The notes beneath the pieces are model-generated. The model was not told the DNA's origin and searched no databases. It saw only the letters and a program-made list of their open reading frames with translations. Positions 63,708 to 64,000 of a DNA stretch of 64,000 bases are shown piece by piece. The DNA is from Phallusia mammillata. Lineage: Eukaryota. The DNA lies in assembly GCA_965637545.1 (NCBI GenBank), contig OZ281494.1:15562001-15626000 (forward strand). The letters are read 5' to 3'. Within the stretch, counting starts at the first letter, position 1; the number at the start of each line of letters is the position of its first letter. The position numbers and the translations under genes are program-made.

Positions 63708-63959
63708 CAGGGGTGCACAACCTTTTTGCTACGACGGCCGCATCGCAGATACTTATTTGACCAACGGCCGCCCTTTACCTGCTTTATTTTGTTTTAAAAT
63801 TTCTGATGTAAAGAAATTGACTTGTATATTTATATACCATCTAATGTCGCCCAAAAAGCCCAGAGAGATTGATTTCTACCGATTGCACAGATTGAGCTAC
63901 ACAGTATGAAGACATATATTTTAATAAACATGTTCACGGCCGCAGGTTGTGCACCCCTG
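63708..63959. mobile_element. hAT-family MITE, 252 bp
   Basis: Perfect 16-bp TIRs CAGGGGTGCACAACCT / AGGTTGTGCACCCCTG. Perfect TSD CACTAAGG. Confidence 0.94.
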
Positions 63960-64000
63960 CACTAAGGTAACCTACAACGTCAAACCAACGTGCTTTAAAA

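Noticed and set aside
1-64000. CRISPR arrays, rRNA, prophage, operon-like prokaryotic systems, non-canonical introns, stop-codon recoding
   Set aside because: None seen. The DNA is eukaryotic, all assembled introns are GT-AG, and all assembled CDSs close without needing recoding.

Overview
Eukaryotic (metazoan) genomic DNA, AT-rich, with short GT-AG introns and a mosaic CpG pattern. It is most consistent with a compact invertebrate-chordate genome such as an ascidian tunicate (inference; no taxon-diagnostic marker seen). From left to right: (1) the last three coding exons of PARP1 (+). (2) A 3-exon stand-alone PPC/DUF296 gene (-), tail-to-tail with PARP1. (3) Two tandem, same-strand, 4-exon paralogs of the atypical Rho GTPase RhoU/RhoV (Wrch1/Chp), about 19 kb apart, with a tRNA-Thr(CGU) gene between them. 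(4) A CpG-rich stretch of about 20 kb with no recognisable gene. (5) CCDC32 (-) head-to-head with POLR1G/RPA34 (+). (6) A 231-aa orphan ORF (+). About a dozen hAT (mostly Buster/Charlie-type) MITEs with 8-bp target-site duplications are scattered through the window, including two nested MITE-in-MITE insertions. No CRISPR array, rRNA or intact transposase is present. I did not find a clearly new molecular system. The strongest leads are: apparent ancient chordate linkage of PARP1-RhoU/V-CCDC32-POLR1G; divergence of the two RhoU/V copies at known regulatory residues; the intron-containing bacterial-type PPC gene with an RFX X-box promoter; and the orphan gene.
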